Shown here piece by piece: positions 43,809 to 55,400 of a DNA stretch of 64,000 nucleotides (its first letter is position 1; the number at the start of each line of letters is the position of its first letter). The notes beneath the pieces were generated by a model. The model did not search any database, was not told where the DNA came from, and saw only the letters and a list, made by a program, of their open reading frames with translations. The DNA is from a virus, in IMG/VR virus record IMGVR_UViG_3300048507_000465, positions 1 to 64,000 of that record; one strand, 5' to 3'. The translations under genes were made by a program, and so were the position numbers.

Positions 43809-44657
43809 ATGAGTGAAATTAGAAGCGGTACTAGCGGTTTAGATAGTCCAAGAAACTTTGGTGGTAATTGTTTAAACGATTTCTTAGCAGAAATAGGTGA
43901 CGACTTAACAGGTGCTTGTATGGTTCCTGTAAATTTACCGCAAAAAGAAATTATGAATATAGTTAAAAGAGCTAAGAAATGGTTCTATAAACAATATGAA
44001 GATTCTGTTCAAGAAAATTACTACCACGTACCGAAAGAAGTATTTGAATCTGATTACTTTAAAAAGAATAGATGCTTAAATTTACCAGGTCCTAGCGGGG
44101 TTAATGGTGAAGAAGGTGGCGCTGTATATTCTGTGTTTGGGGTTTATGATACTGGTTCTGGTTTTAATGGAACTGGCTCTGGGTTAGATTTAAGATTTCA
44201 AGGCGGACAAGACTTTGCTTTAGAAAAAATGTTATTTAGAGGAATGTACGATGGCTCTGGCCCAGCTGAAGCAGCAGAAGAACTACAATATTACGTTTTA
44301 AACGCTTCTATGGCAGATCTATCTAGACAAATTTTAGAGAACCCTATTAGTTTTCAATATGCCAGATTGAACGGTAAGTTAAAAATAATGGGAGATACTC
44401 CAAAGGGAGACTTAATATTACAGGTATACGAAACTATATCTGATTGCGCACTTTATTCTGATGAAATATTTTTTAGATATGTAAGTGCTAGGGTAAAACA
44501 ATCATTAGGTGCTAAGTTAGGCATCTTTAAATTTGCATTACCTGGTAATGTAGAGTTTGATTATGACGCTATTAAAGACATGGGAGACACCGAGTTAGAG
44601 TCGATAATAGAAGAAATTAAAGGCGACGAGGGCGTGGATTGGATGTTCCACTCATAA
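43809..44657 (+). CDS. gp13: Neck/head-tail adaptor protein, T4 gp13-like
   Basis: C-terminal YVSARVKQSLGAKLGIFKFALPGNVEFDYDAI..G..ELESIIEEI resembles the gp13 LPGGV end. Confidence 0.7.
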   Translation: MSEIRSGTSGLDSPRNFGGNCLNDFLAEIGDDLTGACMVPVNLPQKEIMNIVKRAKKWFYKQYEDSVQENYYHVPKEVFESDYFKKNRCLNLPGPSGVNGEEGGAVYSVFGVYDTGSGFNGTGSGLDLRFQGGQDFALEKMLFRGMYDGSGPAEAAEELQYYVLNASMADLSRQILENPISFQYARLNGKLKIMGDTPKGDLILQVYETISDCALYSDEIFFRYVSARVKQSLGAKLGIFKFALPGNVEFDYDAIKDMGDTELESIIEEIKGDEGVDWMFHS

Positions 44658-44677
44658 TAAGCCGAATACATATATAA

Positions 44678-45034
44678 ATGGATTTTTATATTAAAGACAT
44701 AGGTGACCCAAATTACCAATCGAGTACAGTTCAATCGAATGGTGAGGTAGAACAATTAACACAACAAATTGAAACTATCTTATTTACAAATAGAAGAGAT
44801 ATTTTAGGATCTCCTGGGTTTGGTTGTAATTTAGAAGATATGGTTTACTCTATGGGTATGAATGACTATCAAATTAGATCTACAATTACAGATCAGATAT
44901 TTGCGTATTGTCCATTAGCTACAAAATATAATGTAAATGTAAATGTCAACTTTTTTAAAGGAGAAGTAAGGGATATTGCATTTATTGATATTACTGTGAA
45001 TAATAAGTATTTAATTCAAGTAAATCTAAGATAA
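44678..45034 (+). CDS. gp25: Baseplate wedge subunit gp25-like
   Basis: QIETILFTNRRDILGSPGFGCNLEDMVY...ITDQIFAYCP. Confidence 0.85.
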   Translation: MDFYIKDIGDPNYQSSTVQSNGEVEQLTQQIETILFTNRRDILGSPGFGCNLEDMVYSMGMNDYQIRSTITDQIFAYCPLATKYNVNVNVNFFKGEVRDIAFIDITVNNKYLIQVNLR

Positions 45035-45039
45035 AAACG

Positions 45040-45049
45040 GATAAATAAA
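45040..45049 (+). promoter_or_regulatory. GATAAATAAA late motif, 12 nt before ATG
   Basis: gataaataaa-ta-ATG(45052). Confidence 0.6.
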
Positions 45050-45051
45050 TA

Positions 45052-46881
45052 ATGGCAGAATTAAAATTTTTATCAAGCGTCAGAGCTACCGCGAATCAAA
45101 TTAAAACAGATTCGCGTACATATATCTCAAGGGTATACAAAAGAGCTGATACGCTTTTTACCGAGGCATCACCATTTGCTCAAATAATTTCAGTATTTTC
45201 TGAGTTATATGAGTTAATAATGTTTTATATAGAGGATGCGCTCGTAGAACAAAACATATATACAGCACAACAGGCAGAATCCATATATGGAATGTCTAGG
45301 CTTACTGGACATGATGCAACTAGGGGTTTTGCAGCTACTGGAGAAATTCAATTTAGATGGAAGCCAGGAGCAGACTTAAGTAAAATAGCTGGAACTGGTT
45401 TAAATATAGATTCTAGGGCAGAATTAAAATTTGATGTAAATGGTTTAACATATACATTACTTACGTCTAAAGATAGATTTAGATTAGAAAAATCTAATAT
45501 GACTCAAATTACTACTCCAATTATACAAGGTCAGTTTGAATCTCAAACTTTTACTGGAACTGGTGAAAACTTACAGTCCTTTAATATACAAACAGTATCT
45601 TTAACTGATCATTCTAAAGTTAGCGTATCTGTTAATGGAGAACGATGGGCTAAACACGAGTCGTTATATGATTTATTAAATAATGAAAAGGGCTATTTAT
45701 TAAAAACAGGAATTTCAGGTGGAATAGATTTGTATTTTGGCAACGGTGCGTTCGGCGCAGTTCCAATTGCAGGGTCAGCAATAGAAGTAGAATATGTTAA
45801 ACATGTTGGATTTTCTGGAAATTTAGATGACGGGCAAGATCTTACTGTAAAATGGGATGCGGATGGTACAGATTCATTAGGTAACGAACATGACCTAAAT
45901 GAATATTTAGATGTTACTATTACTTCATCACCAAAGATGGGAGCAGATAGAGAGTCTACTGATTTTACTAAAATTATGACACCTCTCGCTAGTAAATCTT
46001 TTGTTTTAGCAACACCAGATAATTATGAATACTTCTTATCAAGATATGGTTTATTCTCGTATATAGATGCCTATAATACTACATCAGACCAATATTTAGA
46101 TGATGATAATGTTATCTACATATTTGCAGTGCCGGATGTAAAAAGAAAATTAGCAAAGTCACAGGATTATTTTTCTATCCCGGAGAACGAAATGTTTTTT
46201 GACCAAAATGAATATGATAAAATGTCTAAAGTATTACAGGATAGTGGACAACAAATGGTAACTACTGAAGTTGTGTTTGTTCAGCCTAAGGTTAGAAAAT
46301 ATAGTATGGATATTAATGTTAGATATTTTGAAGGGTTTACAAAACAAGAAATATTTACAGATATTAGAGCGAAGGTAAGTGATTATCTTTTAAATATTAC
46401 TAGAAGGGATAAATTACCAAAGTCTGATATTATTTATATTTTAGAAGAGATAGAAGGCGTGGATGCTGTTAACGTTAGATTTATATCTGAGACTGAAGAA
46501 ACTGCTAGAAGGTTGGGTTATTTTGAATCTAAAACTATTTCTGTAGTTCCACAAGAGCCTGTTATTTTAGAAGAGATTGGAAATGGAAAGCAAAAGTATA
46601 TTTTCTTTAAGCAAGTTGAAGAGGTTCAAACCGTAAAGGTCGATGATACGACACAGATACCATATACAGTAGCAGGTTTAGATGAGTGGGGAGATATTAT
46701 TATGGAGAAAGAAGAAGTTGCAGTATTTAGAGGTGGATGGCAAGATAGAGATGGTGACGATATAGTAGATGAAGCATTAATAAATGCTGAAGCTGCACTA
46801 AGTGTTAATTTTGACGAAACACCAGTACCTAGAACTATTTATACTAGAGTTCAGGCTGGAAATAGAAAAGCATTGAAGTAA
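45052..46881 (+). CDS. gp6: Baseplate wedge subunit gp6-like (baseplate J family)
   Basis: EQNIYTAQQAESIYGMSRLTGH, LYFGNG.FG..P, GADRES, LATPDNYE, EEIEGVDAV; follows gp25. Confidence 0.85.
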   Translation: MAELKFLSSVRATANQIKTDSRTYISRVYKRADTLFTEASPFAQIISVFSELYELIMFYIEDALVEQNIYTAQQAESIYGMSRLTGHDATRGFAATGEIQFRWKPGADLSKIAGTGLNIDSRAELKFDVNGLTYTLLTSKDRFRLEKSNMTQITTPIIQGQFESQTFTGTGENLQSFNIQTVSLTDHSKVSVSVNGERWAKHESLYDLLNNEKGYLLKTGISGGIDLYFGNGAFGAVPIAGSAIEVEYVKHVGFSGNLDDGQDLTVKWDADGTDSLGNEHDLNEYLDVTITSSPKMGADRESTDFTKIMTPLASKSFVLATPDNYEYFLSRYGLFSYIDAYNTTSDQYLDDDNVIYIFAVPDVKRKLAKSQDYFSIPENEMFFDQNEYDKMSKVLQDSGQQMVTTEVVFVQPKVRKYSMDINVRYFEGFTKQEIFTDIRAKVSDYLLNITRRDKLPKSDIIYILEEIEGVDAVNVRFISETEETARRLGYFESKTISVVPQEPVILEEIGNGKQKYIFFKQVEEVQTVKVDDTTQIPYTVAGLDEWGDIIMEKEEVAVFRGGWQDRDGDDIVDEALINAEAALSVNFDETPVPRTIYTRVQAGNRKALK

Positions 46882-46882
46882 T

Positions 46883-47155
46883 ATGTCATTATATAAAGAT
46901 TTATTTTCATATAAAAAGAAAAGGCTATACAAGGTTTCTAAGCATAGAAAGGATGCTAGATTAAATATTAGCTATGATTATCAGTCTAATGGTCTATTAC
47001 ACAGGATGTTATCTAAACATATTCAACGTAATAAAATTATACAAAACTTTATTGGATTTTTAGATGATTATCTATTAAACTCATTAAGGGGTGTAAAATA
47101 TTTAAAGGGATATAAAAATTATACAGTAGAAAAAGAAGATAAAAGTATTAGATAA
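46883..47155 (+). CDS. Hypothetical protein (baseplate region)
   Basis: 90 aa; TAATG coupling to the next gene. Confidence 0.7.
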   Translation: MSLYKDLFSYKKKRLYKVSKHRKDARLNISYDYQSNGLLHRMLSKHIQRNKIIQNFIGFLDDYLLNSLRGVKYLKGYKNYTVEKEDKSIR

Positions 47156-49908
47156 TGTGGAGTAATTTAAGATTTTTTAATGGAGTGACTTCCGAATTTC
47201 AATTTACACAATCTATAATAGATGGTGTTTGGGAAGGTAATATCTTTATGCCTGAAGTATCTACTCAGTTATACGAGACTATTAATCTTTTTATATTGGA
47301 AGATTGTACTGTAAATGGAGAGCCTGGTATTAATAAACCGGTTTCCCCTGATAACACTATTACTAAATTTAAGTTTGAATGGGAACCGACTCCTATCGGA
47401 GACTCTGAGGATATTATCATGTATGGTACTACGATTAACGAGGGTAAGGCCATAATTAAAGAAATTAAATCCCAAGAACTAGATTTAGCTCTATTTTCAA
47501 CAATTGATTCTCAGGATTCTAATTATTTAAAAGATCTTAACACTGGTGAGAATGTGGCACTGCAGGTTAATTTTGCTATTAACTCAATAGTGGAAGGTCC
47601 TCATGGTAGAACTCTTTTAATATATGCAGGTGGTGATATTATTGCTCGTATTAGATTTTATGGAGAAGTTGAGGGTGAAGATGAAAGATTGAAAGTTTTG
47701 TTAGCTAACTTTGGTGCAACATTAGATGATTCTGATTTTTTATTATTTAAGTCACATGATATTTCAGAGATGTCGCCTGATTACCAACTATTAAATCAAA
47801 AAAGAAAAGAATTATTACTAGAGCTACATAATATAAAGCCGTTTGTTGGAACATATAAAGCAATATTAAACGCAATAGATTTTTTCGGATATGATAAAGT
47901 AACTCTTAAAGAGTATTGGATAAATGTAGATAAAGGCTCTAAAACTTTTGGTAAGCTCCATGCAGTTCCTGTACCTAATGCTTCAGTTAGGGGAGAGATG
48001 ACTAGAAAACTATTAAAGTTTAAAGTTCCATCTGCTACTCAAAAGAAAACTAGTAGATTTTCATTAGTTTATAGATTAAACGAGCCTAATGGAACGTTTG
48101 ACCAGTGGGATATTCCTAATGTTGAAGAAACTTTTGATTATACCCCAGATGAAGTACTAATTAAATTATATGGGTTAAAGGCAAAGTTACAAAAAGATTA
48201 TTTACCGCTTGAAGCTAAGATAATTGATATTACCGGAGAAGGTGATTATTTTACAAATAGAAATTTAAATATTTGGAAAATTCAAAACCCAATTGGCTTT
48301 TTTACAGAGGGTCATAGGATTAAATTTGATGTGTTTCCAAATGATAGAGACCTTTATATTGAAGATACTTCAAATGTTTTAAAATCCATATTAGACCAAA
48401 ATGATAGTTCTAGTAACTATGATAGTTTTTTAAACCTTAAGCCAGCAGAAGAAGGTACTTTAACAATGTCTCAAAGGACTGAAATGAAAAACATATACGA
48501 GGAGTTTTACAAAACATACCATGACAGAGATTTAAATTCATATAATGAAAATATTCCGATCGGTTGCCCCGTTATTTTAGACGGAGTTCCTTCATTTGAT
48601 GATATATGGGATGAGGCTAATTTTGTCTGGGATGATGCTGTTGATGCAAATCAAAACTTAAGAGTAACATGGGATAATTGGTGGAAAAAATGGGTTTATG
48701 AAATTGAATGGTTAATTGACGGGCCTAATGGCCTACACCAGGAATATAGAGGTCCTGTAGATGATTTTAAAAGATTGCCTGTTAGTTTACCATACCCTGG
48801 ATCTTATACTGTTGAGATGAGAATTTATGACTTGTTTGGTCATATGTCTTTCTATAAAGAAAAGGATTTATTTGAAGTTAAGTTAAAAGACTTAGAGTTA
48901 TATGGTATCTATAAATGGTTAGATACTGATATTAGTAATAAAACTTTTACATGGAATAAAAAAGATTTAGATTGGAATCAATCTGGTGGGTATTGGGATT
49001 TTTCACAAGATAATTATACAAAAATAGAAGATCATATTTCAACGTTTTATTTAACAATGGATAGATCTAATTATGTACATGTAGAAGAAGACCAGGGTGT
49101 AAGGTTTTCAACTGTTAGAAGGTATGTAGATCCATATTCTGATTCTGGTTTTAGTGAAACTGCAGGACCATACCAATGGGATGAGAGTACTTTTAGGTGG
49201 AAAGACACTAATAATCTATGGTGGGAAGCAATGAGGGTCGGCCCTGATTTAGCATCTTCGTTTAAAATAGATTGGATCGAACAAGGGGATACTCTTAGAA
49301 TTATATTTAAAGATCCGACCACGGGTACAACAAATACTGCTAACCATGTTATTACATCTCCAACACCAGCAAATGCACAGGATGTTTCTGCTTGGGAAGC
49401 AATCGCAAACGAATTAAGAAGTAGTAATAACTTTGTATTATCTAAATTTAATTTTAACCACGTTATTAATGATGCTAATAATGATAATATAATAGATACT
49501 TTCTTTTTTATCCTGGTAACAGGTAAAGAATATTCAAAAACTTATGATTTTGAAAGTGTTAGAATCATTAAATCTAACCCTGCTTCAATTTCAGCAGTTA
49601 GTGGTGAAAACCATGTAAAACATTACAATCCTACATGGGATGATACGAGAGTATTTAAAAACCATGCAACCGTAGAAAGGTCTACGCATTTAACTATATC
49701 AACTGATATTTCTAAGTTTCCTGGAGCTAAAAATCCTAAATGGACTATTACTAATCTAAGTAACCCAGAAATCAATGATATATACTATAATAATATGTGG
49801 CTTACGTATATTTTCAAGGAACCGGGTGATTACGAAATCCAACTTGAAGCGGAAGATACATATAATAACAAAAACGCCATAAGGCGTAATATGATAAAAG
49901 TAAAATAA
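47155..49908 (+). CDS. Large baseplate protein (gp7-like position) with PKD-like domains
   Basis: KPFVGTYKAILNAIDFFGY (gp7/tail-I-like); LPYPGSYTVEMRIYD and FKEPGDYEIQLEAED PKD-like strands. Confidence 0.65.
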   Translation: MWSNLRFFNGVTSEFQFTQSIIDGVWEGNIFMPEVSTQLYETINLFILEDCTVNGEPGINKPVSPDNTITKFKFEWEPTPIGDSEDIIMYGTTINEGKAIIKEIKSQELDLALFSTIDSQDSNYLKDLNTGENVALQVNFAINSIVEGPHGRTLLIYAGGDIIARIRFYGEVEGEDERLKVLLANFGATLDDSDFLLFKSHDISEMSPDYQLLNQKRKELLLELHNIKPFVGTYKAILNAIDFFGYDKVTLKEYWINVDKGSKTFGKLHAVPVPNASVRGEMTRKLLKFKVPSATQKKTSRFSLVYRLNEPNGTFDQWDIPNVEETFDYTPDEVLIKLYGLKAKLQKDYLPLEAKIIDITGEGDYFTNRNLNIWKIQNPIGFFTEGHRIKFDVFPNDRDLYIEDTSNVLKSILDQNDSSSNYDSFLNLKPAEEGTLTMSQRTEMKNIYEEFYKTYHDRDLNSYNENIPIGCPVILDGVPSFDDIWDEANFVWDDAVDANQNLRVTWDNWWKKWVYEIEWLIDGPNGLHQEYRGPVDDFKRLPVSLPYPGSYTVEMRIYDLFGHMSFYKEKDLFEVKLKDLELYGIYKWLDTDISNKTFTWNKKDLDWNQSGGYWDFSQDNYTKIEDHISTFYLTMDRSNYVHVEEDQGVRFSTVRRYVDPYSDSGFSETAGPYQWDESTFRWKDTNNLWWEAMRVGPDLASSFKIDWIEQGDTLRIIFKDPTTGTTNTANHVITSPTPANAQDVSAWEAIANELRSSNNFVLSKFNFNHVINDANNDNIIDTFFFILVTGKEYSKTYDFESVRIIKSNPASISAVSGENHVKHYNPTWDDTRVFKNHATVERSTHLTISTDISKFPGAKNPKWTITNLSNPEINDIYYNNMWLTYIFKEPGDYEIQLEAEDTYNNKNAIRRNMIKVK

Positions 49909-49914
49909 ACTAAA

Positions 49915-50481
49915 ATGGCAAACATTACTGAAATCTTAGGTACCGACTCGGTATCGTCTTCAAGACCAACTATTAATAGTAACTTTGAGTTATTAAATGA
50001 TGAATTGGCATCGGTAACTGCATTATTAAATCCTACTACTTCTGTAATAGAGAATTTGACTAGTGCAACTACAAACTCTTTAACCGTAAATGATAATGGT
50101 AACCTTTTTGTTGTAACATCAGGTGGTGCAATATGTACTACTTCTTTACAAGCAAATGGTACATTTACATTAGGTGGTAAATTTGTAAAGTCTGGATCAC
50201 TTGGTACTCCATCTACTCCGACTACAACAAATACACCGTCATCGATTACTAAGAGTAATTACTTTATTGATGCAGATTTTACAATTCCAACAGCAGTTGA
50301 TGGTGTTGAAGTAACCCTTTTAAATGTAGGAAGTTCTGCAACTGCAGTTCTTGCTGGTACAGGAGGCGTTACTTTAGGAGCAACTTCAATATCTTTGGAT
50401 GGACTTAACTCTACTGTAACTTTAAGATGTTTTGAAAACAAATGGTTTGTAATAAGCTCAAACGCTTGTACAATCTCATAA
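49915..50481 (+). CDS. Putative tail fibre/baseplate structural protein
   Basis: MANITEILGTDS.SSSRPTINSNF N-terminus; T/S-rich beta strands. Confidence 0.65.
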   Translation: MANITEILGTDSVSSSRPTINSNFELLNDELASVTALLNPTTSVIENLTSATTNSLTVNDNGNLFVVTSGGAICTTSLQANGTFTLGGKFVKSGSLGTPSTPTTTNTPSSITKSNYFIDADFTIPTAVDGVEVTLLNVGSSATAVLAGTGGVTLGATSISLDGLNSTVTLRCFENKWFVISSNACTIS

Positions 50482-50507
50482 TAATAAATTAAACCGAAAC
50501 CTAATAG

Positions 50508-52448
50508 ATGGCAACTCCTTTAGTTAGAATACCACAGCCACAAGGTGGCACCATGTATGCTTTTGCATCGTCTGCAAGAGATATGACTAGAGCGTTTAAT
50601 AGTGCTGACTTAAATTTCGAATTTAGTAAATTTGCTTTACTAGATTTACCGGACTTTACAGACTCTGTTAATAACTCTAATACTATCGATTTCCAGACTA
50701 ATCTTAAGCAACCTTCTGGACAGGCTTATGTTGCGGGTCAACCTAACGTTGATTTTGCACAGACCTTTCAGAACTATGCGTTAAATATGGAAGAACTTTT
50801 AGCAAAAGATGATGATTATGATCCGATCATACTTCAATCTGATGCAGAAAAGATTTTCTTTAAGTGGTTATCAGCGTTAGGGGCTATCGACTTTAGGGCA
50901 ACAGATTCTAACGAATCTTCAACTGGAGCATATGCTGAAAATGAGACTATTACTCAAGTTGGTAGTAGTTATGATAAGGTAGTAAAATATCTTGGATCAA
51001 TAGACGCTGAAAACGATGTTGCATATAAAGGGAATACGTATCATGAGGTTTATATTAACGTACCTACTTCTGTAGGTTCTACTCCGCTAGTACTTTTTAA
51101 GCCTACGGGGTATAATACAACTGCAAATAAATTATATTTGTCAGATGTTAATGCACAAAACATAGAGGGCAGAGAGGGCCAAGTACACCCTGATCCTAAT
51201 ATTAATTTATTACCAGTAGTAGATGAGTATACACTAAGTTCAGGTGCGTATTACGATATTGCTACTAATTCAACTAATTCAGTACAAATCGATTTTGATA
51301 CTGCTTCGTATGAACCGGTGCAAAATAACCCAGATGTAAAGTCTTTATTAGACTACTCTAAAACAGGACAACAATTTAAATTTAATGCCGTATTAGTTTA
51401 TTATGATTTATATAGTTCGTCTATTCCTGCAAATAGAGCAACAAATTTATATGGTATTTTAATACTAGATGATATACAAGATGCATATGGCCCTGGTACA
51501 AAAATACACGAACAAATTAAGTTTAAGCCAAATGAAGTAACTGGCCTAAATGGTAATGCATATTCTTTAAAATTAAATCTTAAATTTAATTCATCGCTTG
51601 ATAATGTTGGTGTTGAAACTAGTGTAAATGATTTCACTACGTTCTCTATGGATTTATTCATGGATACGACTACAGCACTTGAAAATGCAACAGACTTGCT
51701 TTTACAAGCAAATAATAGATATGCTAAAATTGTAGATAGATTAGATAGTTTAGAAAATTTAATTTTAGGAACTGCTAAAGCTACGGAGTTAGAGAATAGA
51801 ATAAAAGAGGTTGAAGATGATTTAGTGGCAAGCTCTTTACAATTACAAGATTCTAGTGCTTTATTAACTTTAATTAATAATGCGCATGGAAAGATTAATT
51901 CATTAATAGATGGAACAATCCCTGTTGAATTACAATATAATACAGATGTAATATTTGCTGGTAAAGGTACAACCGTAGATAAATCAGTTGCTGGTAAAAT
52001 AAAGGTTAACAACTCGGTTGTCGGATACACTTTAAGTGAATTATTTAAATGGGATATTGCATCTAGTGTGGTTTTAACGCAAATTAATACAAGTAATTTA
52101 TTTTCACCACAAGATGCAAACACAATAGGTATTTGGTCTAAACTAGTTCCATTTACAAATAGATTAAGTTTAAAAAATATTTTAGATTCTGGGTCGCTCA
52201 GCCAAAATTTAAATATATACATTGACGATTCCACTAACGGATGGTCTGCAGGTCAAACTATTAAAATAGCTTTTGATCCGATTGCAGTTAACGGAAATAA
52301 TATTAAAATTTGGACAGGGGCAACTACATCATTCGATAAACCGATTGCAAATATTGACCCTAGTCAATTATTAAGCACATCTCCGTATATCGAGATTGTT
52401 TGTATAGATCCAACTAATTATATTTTTGAAGCAGATATTTTAAGATAA
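50508..52448 (+). CDS. Putative virion structural protein
   Basis: 646 aa in the structural block; central coiled coil. Confidence 0.7.
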   Translation: MATPLVRIPQPQGGTMYAFASSARDMTRAFNSADLNFEFSKFALLDLPDFTDSVNNSNTIDFQTNLKQPSGQAYVAGQPNVDFAQTFQNYALNMEELLAKDDDYDPIILQSDAEKIFFKWLSALGAIDFRATDSNESSTGAYAENETITQVGSSYDKVVKYLGSIDAENDVAYKGNTYHEVYINVPTSVGSTPLVLFKPTGYNTTANKLYLSDVNAQNIEGREGQVHPDPNINLLPVVDEYTLSSGAYYDIATNSTNSVQIDFDTASYEPVQNNPDVKSLLDYSKTGQQFKFNAVLVYYDLYSSSIPANRATNLYGILILDDIQDAYGPGTKIHEQIKFKPNEVTGLNGNAYSLKLNLKFNSSLDNVGVETSVNDFTTFSMDLFMDTTTALENATDLLLQANNRYAKIVDRLDSLENLILGTAKATELENRIKEVEDDLVASSLQLQDSSALLTLINNAHGKINSLIDGTIPVELQYNTDVIFAGKGTTVDKSVAGKIKVNNSVVGYTLSELFKWDIASSVVLTQINTSNLFSPQDANTIGIWSKLVPFTNRLSLKNILDSGSLSQNLNIYIDDSTNGWSAGQTIKIAFDPIAVNGNNIKIWTGATTSFDKPIANIDPSQLLSTSPYIEIVCIDPTNYIFEADILR

Positions 52449-52449
52449 T

Positions 52450-55400
52450 ATGAATACTAATAACTCAATATCCAACTCGCTAAAAAAGCTACTCGAAATT
52501 AATACAAATTCCTTAAAGGCATTTGAAAGAATAAACGAGGCTGTAACTACAGATCAGAAGAATATTCAATTAGAACTTCTTACTGAAGATGGTGGTACTA
52601 AGCTAGTTTCTATACCCGGATTTAATTTTATGAAAAGAGAGCTAGATAGGTTAGATACTAATCTTAAAGCTTTAACTGGATTGGGAAAAGGTAGTACTAA
52701 AATTAAACTACCAGATGGAACTTTTCAAAATATTATTACATCTGAATTAAGTACTCCTGCTAATGATATTAGTATAGTTGCTAGACCTATTACATTTTCT
52801 ACAAAACCTAATTATTTTGCAGAAGATTTTCTTAACCCTATACTTAAAACATCAATAGATGTAAGTGGCCAATTGCCAAACGACACGGAAAGGGTTTTAA
52901 TTAAAAGAATTATATTTGATTCTACGAATCAAGTTGCAGTAGATTTCTTTAATGATAATTATAGAAACCAAGAAGAGATTGATTATTTAACAGCTCTTAG
53001 AGATATTACTAATAGCAATATTAGCTATATAGTTGACGAGGATTTAAGGGATATGCCATATAGAACTGGACAATATACTGGAAAGTTTGATGTTATATCA
53101 ATTTCTAACTCCCAAAGAGAAGTTATTGTAAATGGTGTTACTACTAAAGCTGCTATTAAATTATATACATTAGATAGTTTAACTTATTCTGATAAATCTA
53201 AAGATCTAGATGATACTGAATTACTACGCGTAGGTGATGAATTGATGGTTACTGGTGGATCTAAAAATACAAGATATAAAATCAGTAAGCTTGATGCTTC
53301 GACTCGTCAGGTTGAATTAGAATTAGTCGAGGGATACCAACCTATTAAGATTGGAGGTTCTGTTTTAAGCATCTATAAAACTGAAGATGATAACTTACAA
53401 GTAGATATTCCATGTGGATTTAACGAAAGGGTGCTAATGTTTATGAAGGCAGTAGATCCTGTTTCTAAATTATTAGCAGAAAACTGGTCTCCTGGTATTG
53501 GGTTTTACACAAACGAGCTTACAATAACACAGGAAAACGGGCAAGAAATTACATTAGCAGATTTTTACAAAGATGAAGTTGCTGATTTTGCTAAAATGAT
53601 TGAAGCGATTAAAACTGATTCAATTCCTCCTGCAACAGTAGGTGTCACGCCAGATGCCCCAGTATTAGATACTTCTAATTTTAAAGTTGTACAAATTAAT
53701 AGCCATTTAACAGCAAATGACGCTAAAGATAAAATTAAAAAATTAAATTCAGATAAAGTTTCTGTAGACGAAGCTATTAAAAAACTGGATGAGACTATTA
53801 CTAAGAAAAGATCTGAGATAGCTACTAAAAAATATGAGTCTAAAGTTCAAAGAGATAAAGATAAAAATGAACTTAATTCATTAATTGAAGAGAGGGCTTC
53901 TGAGGCTAAGTTATTTAATTCCATAGTAACACAAATACAAAGTATTTCAAGCGAATCTAATAGCACTAAAATATCTCCTAAGTATAGAGTTAGAGGCTTT
54001 TGGGCAATTCCAAAACCAAAGACTGTAGCTGCTACATTAGACCAGCAAGTTGTACAGTTTATTGTACAGTATAGATACTTATCTACTTCAGGTAAATCTG
54101 GAAATGCAGCTCAACTTAAATTTACAGATGATGGTAGAGAAAAAACAGCGGTATTTTCAAATTGGGTAGAATTTAAAACTAAACCTAGACCTAGGGCTAA
54201 ATCTATAGATAGTGATGGTAATGTTTCTAATAAGTTTACATGGCAAGAGTCTAAAATAGAAGATGGACAAGAGATTAATTTTAATCAATTAGATATTCCT
54301 ATAAACCAGGGTGAATTAGTAGAAATTAGAGTTAAATCTATTTCTGAAGCGGGCTATCCTGCAAACCCAATTATGTCAGATTATTCTGAGTCTATTTCAA
54401 TGAACTTCCCGGAAGCTGAAATTGATACTACAGATACAGATGCCATTGTTCAACAAAATATAGCTGAACTTGCTAGAGTAAGAATGAACGAAGAATTAAC
54501 TTCGCAGGGTGTTTATACACATGTTGAAGATTCGTTTACTGCTAATGAGAGTTATTATGCTCACGTTGCTACAAATATTGCATCGGGATTCTTATCAGAA
54601 GAACAAAAACCAATATCTGTATATGATAAAATTGCAGAATTAGAAGCTCAAATTACAGCATTGAAAGGCGAGGTAGAGGCTGAAGTAGGGGAATTAGTAG
54701 TTAAAATAGTAGATGACGCAGGTGTTGTTACAAATATTAACCCAGATACTACAACTCAATTATTTGCTGGATATTATGTTGATGAGGTTGCTGACCTAAC
54801 AATTAGAAAAGGACATATTGTAACTAAAACATATAAGCTTCTTTTAGAAAATAGTAAATCTACTAAATTAGAATTAGTTTCTAGATTAATAGGTGATAGA
54901 ACTAAATCAGCTTATAGATCTGCTAATGCAAGTTCTTTAGATAGTACAAATGGATTTGGTATTTCTACAAACGATAGTGGCGGTAATACACCAGATGTCA
55001 AAATAGATTCAGATACTTATTACTTAACAGAAGGTAGGTATGAGTTAGCTCCGATACAATACCAGAATGTAGATCCTAGTTCATCTGATAACCTTAATGA
55101 TTCTCCGTATCAATCAGCACAAAGAAGAGGTCAATTTGTATATAGTAGATATATGGATGTTGCAAATCAAAATCCACATTATTTAATTGAACCGACGGAA
55201 ACTCAAGTAGGTAATTATACTATATCAGACTATGAATACCCATTAAGCTATGATAATACTGCTTATGCAGCAGGTGGTAATACTGATTTCATATGGTCAG
55301 GTGATTTTAATGATTATGCTGGTACATGGGACGCATCCAAAGTTCAAGTTACTAGTACAAATACAGTAGGTTTATATGATTACAATAGGGGTCTTTTTAT

